From positions 50,966,001 to 51,030,000 of the forward strand of contig NC_045707.1 of the NCBI RefSeq assembly GCF_009834535.1: DNA of 64,000 bases. Direction: 5' to 3'. This stretch comes from Camelus ferus. Lineage: Eukaryota. The notes under the pieces are model-generated. The model saw only the letters and a list, made by a program, of their open reading frames with translations, made no database searches and was not told the origin of the DNA. Of this stretch, positions 63,250-64,000 are shown piece by piece (position 1 is the first letter of the stretch; each line of letters begins with the position of its first letter). The translations under genes and the position numbers were made by a program.

Positions 63250-63785
63250 CAGTAGGTTTTATTTAATTTCATATAACAGGAAATCCAATCCAAAAGGTTT
63301 AAGAACAAAAGGAAAATAATTCTTTCAAGTATCTGAAAAATCCAGTTATTGGCTTCTACTGTGTCTTGACTGGGGACCAAATGATGTCACCCAGACCCAG
63401 ATTCTTTGTTTGATTCTGTTCATTCACCATGCTTTCTACTGTCAGATTCCCATGCCTTCTCTTTGGAGGTGGTTGCTGCTCTAACACCAGACTTACACTG
63501 TGTCTCAATCAAATCCAACAGAAAAAGAGCAAGAGATTTTGAGAAGTTCCAGCATCTTACCAATTCTGTCACATACAAAATCCTAAACTTAATGGTGATA
63601 GCCCAGGGGATGAAATACACTTATTTCTTTCAGTGTGCATCACTTTCTTCCCTCTAGTAGAGCATCCCTGAATGAATCCCCAGATGGCAGTACTAGAAAT
63701 AGGGTGAAATGATGTCAGACAGCTAACAAACACAACCAGGGAAATGTCCATTCATCTGCCTACCCCATCTTCTCATCCAATCACC
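63250..63785 (-). mobile_element. Old MLT1-family LTR
   Basis: ataacaggaaatccaatccaaaaggtttaagaacaaaaggaaa...ctgaaaaatccag. Confidence 0.55.
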
Positions 63786-64000
63786 TTCAAAAATATCTCT
63801 ATTGACATAATCAACTTATGTTATGTCCCAATGAAAACTCACTCTCCTCTACTTTCCCAAAGTCTTACTCATTTACAGAATACAGCTCAAAGTCCAAAGT
63901 ATCTGTTCAGTGAACAGTCCTCTTAGTCAGACAGCTCTCTAACTCCCCTTGACCCAGAGCACTAATGCTAAATAACAAGTTTAATAAATCCTCAAACACC

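Noticed and set aside
1..64000. CRISPR arrays, operons, rRNA genes, CpG island
   Set aside because: Mammalian intron- and repeat-rich DNA; none seen

Overview
AT-rich, CpG-poor mammalian genomic DNA, almost certainly camelid (three tRNA-derived Vic-1-type SINEs and a camelid-type L1 tail). Roughly half the window is interspersed repeats: nested L1s of several ages, L2, MIR, MLT1 MaLR LTRs, ERV-L internal fragments and hAT DNA transposons. Most ORF-track entries are repeat-derived or chance ORFs. The main signal, missed by the ORF track, is a large multi-exon gene on the minus strand running through the whole window (about 61.8 kb down to 2.6 kb, continuing past the low-coordinate edge). About 35 candidate exons of 11-194 nt with GT-AG signals sit in the repeat-free gaps. 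From 34011 to 2604, 20 exons join with consistent phases, but several carry in-frame stops, so the locus looks like a decayed spliced (possibly unitary) pseudogene. It retains a stop-free 8-exon segment (17340-11422) and a cluster of 11-27 nt microexons (43830-47804). I do not recognise the protein. Exons were found by eye, repeat subfamily names are from memory of consensus sequences, and repeat boundaries are approximate.
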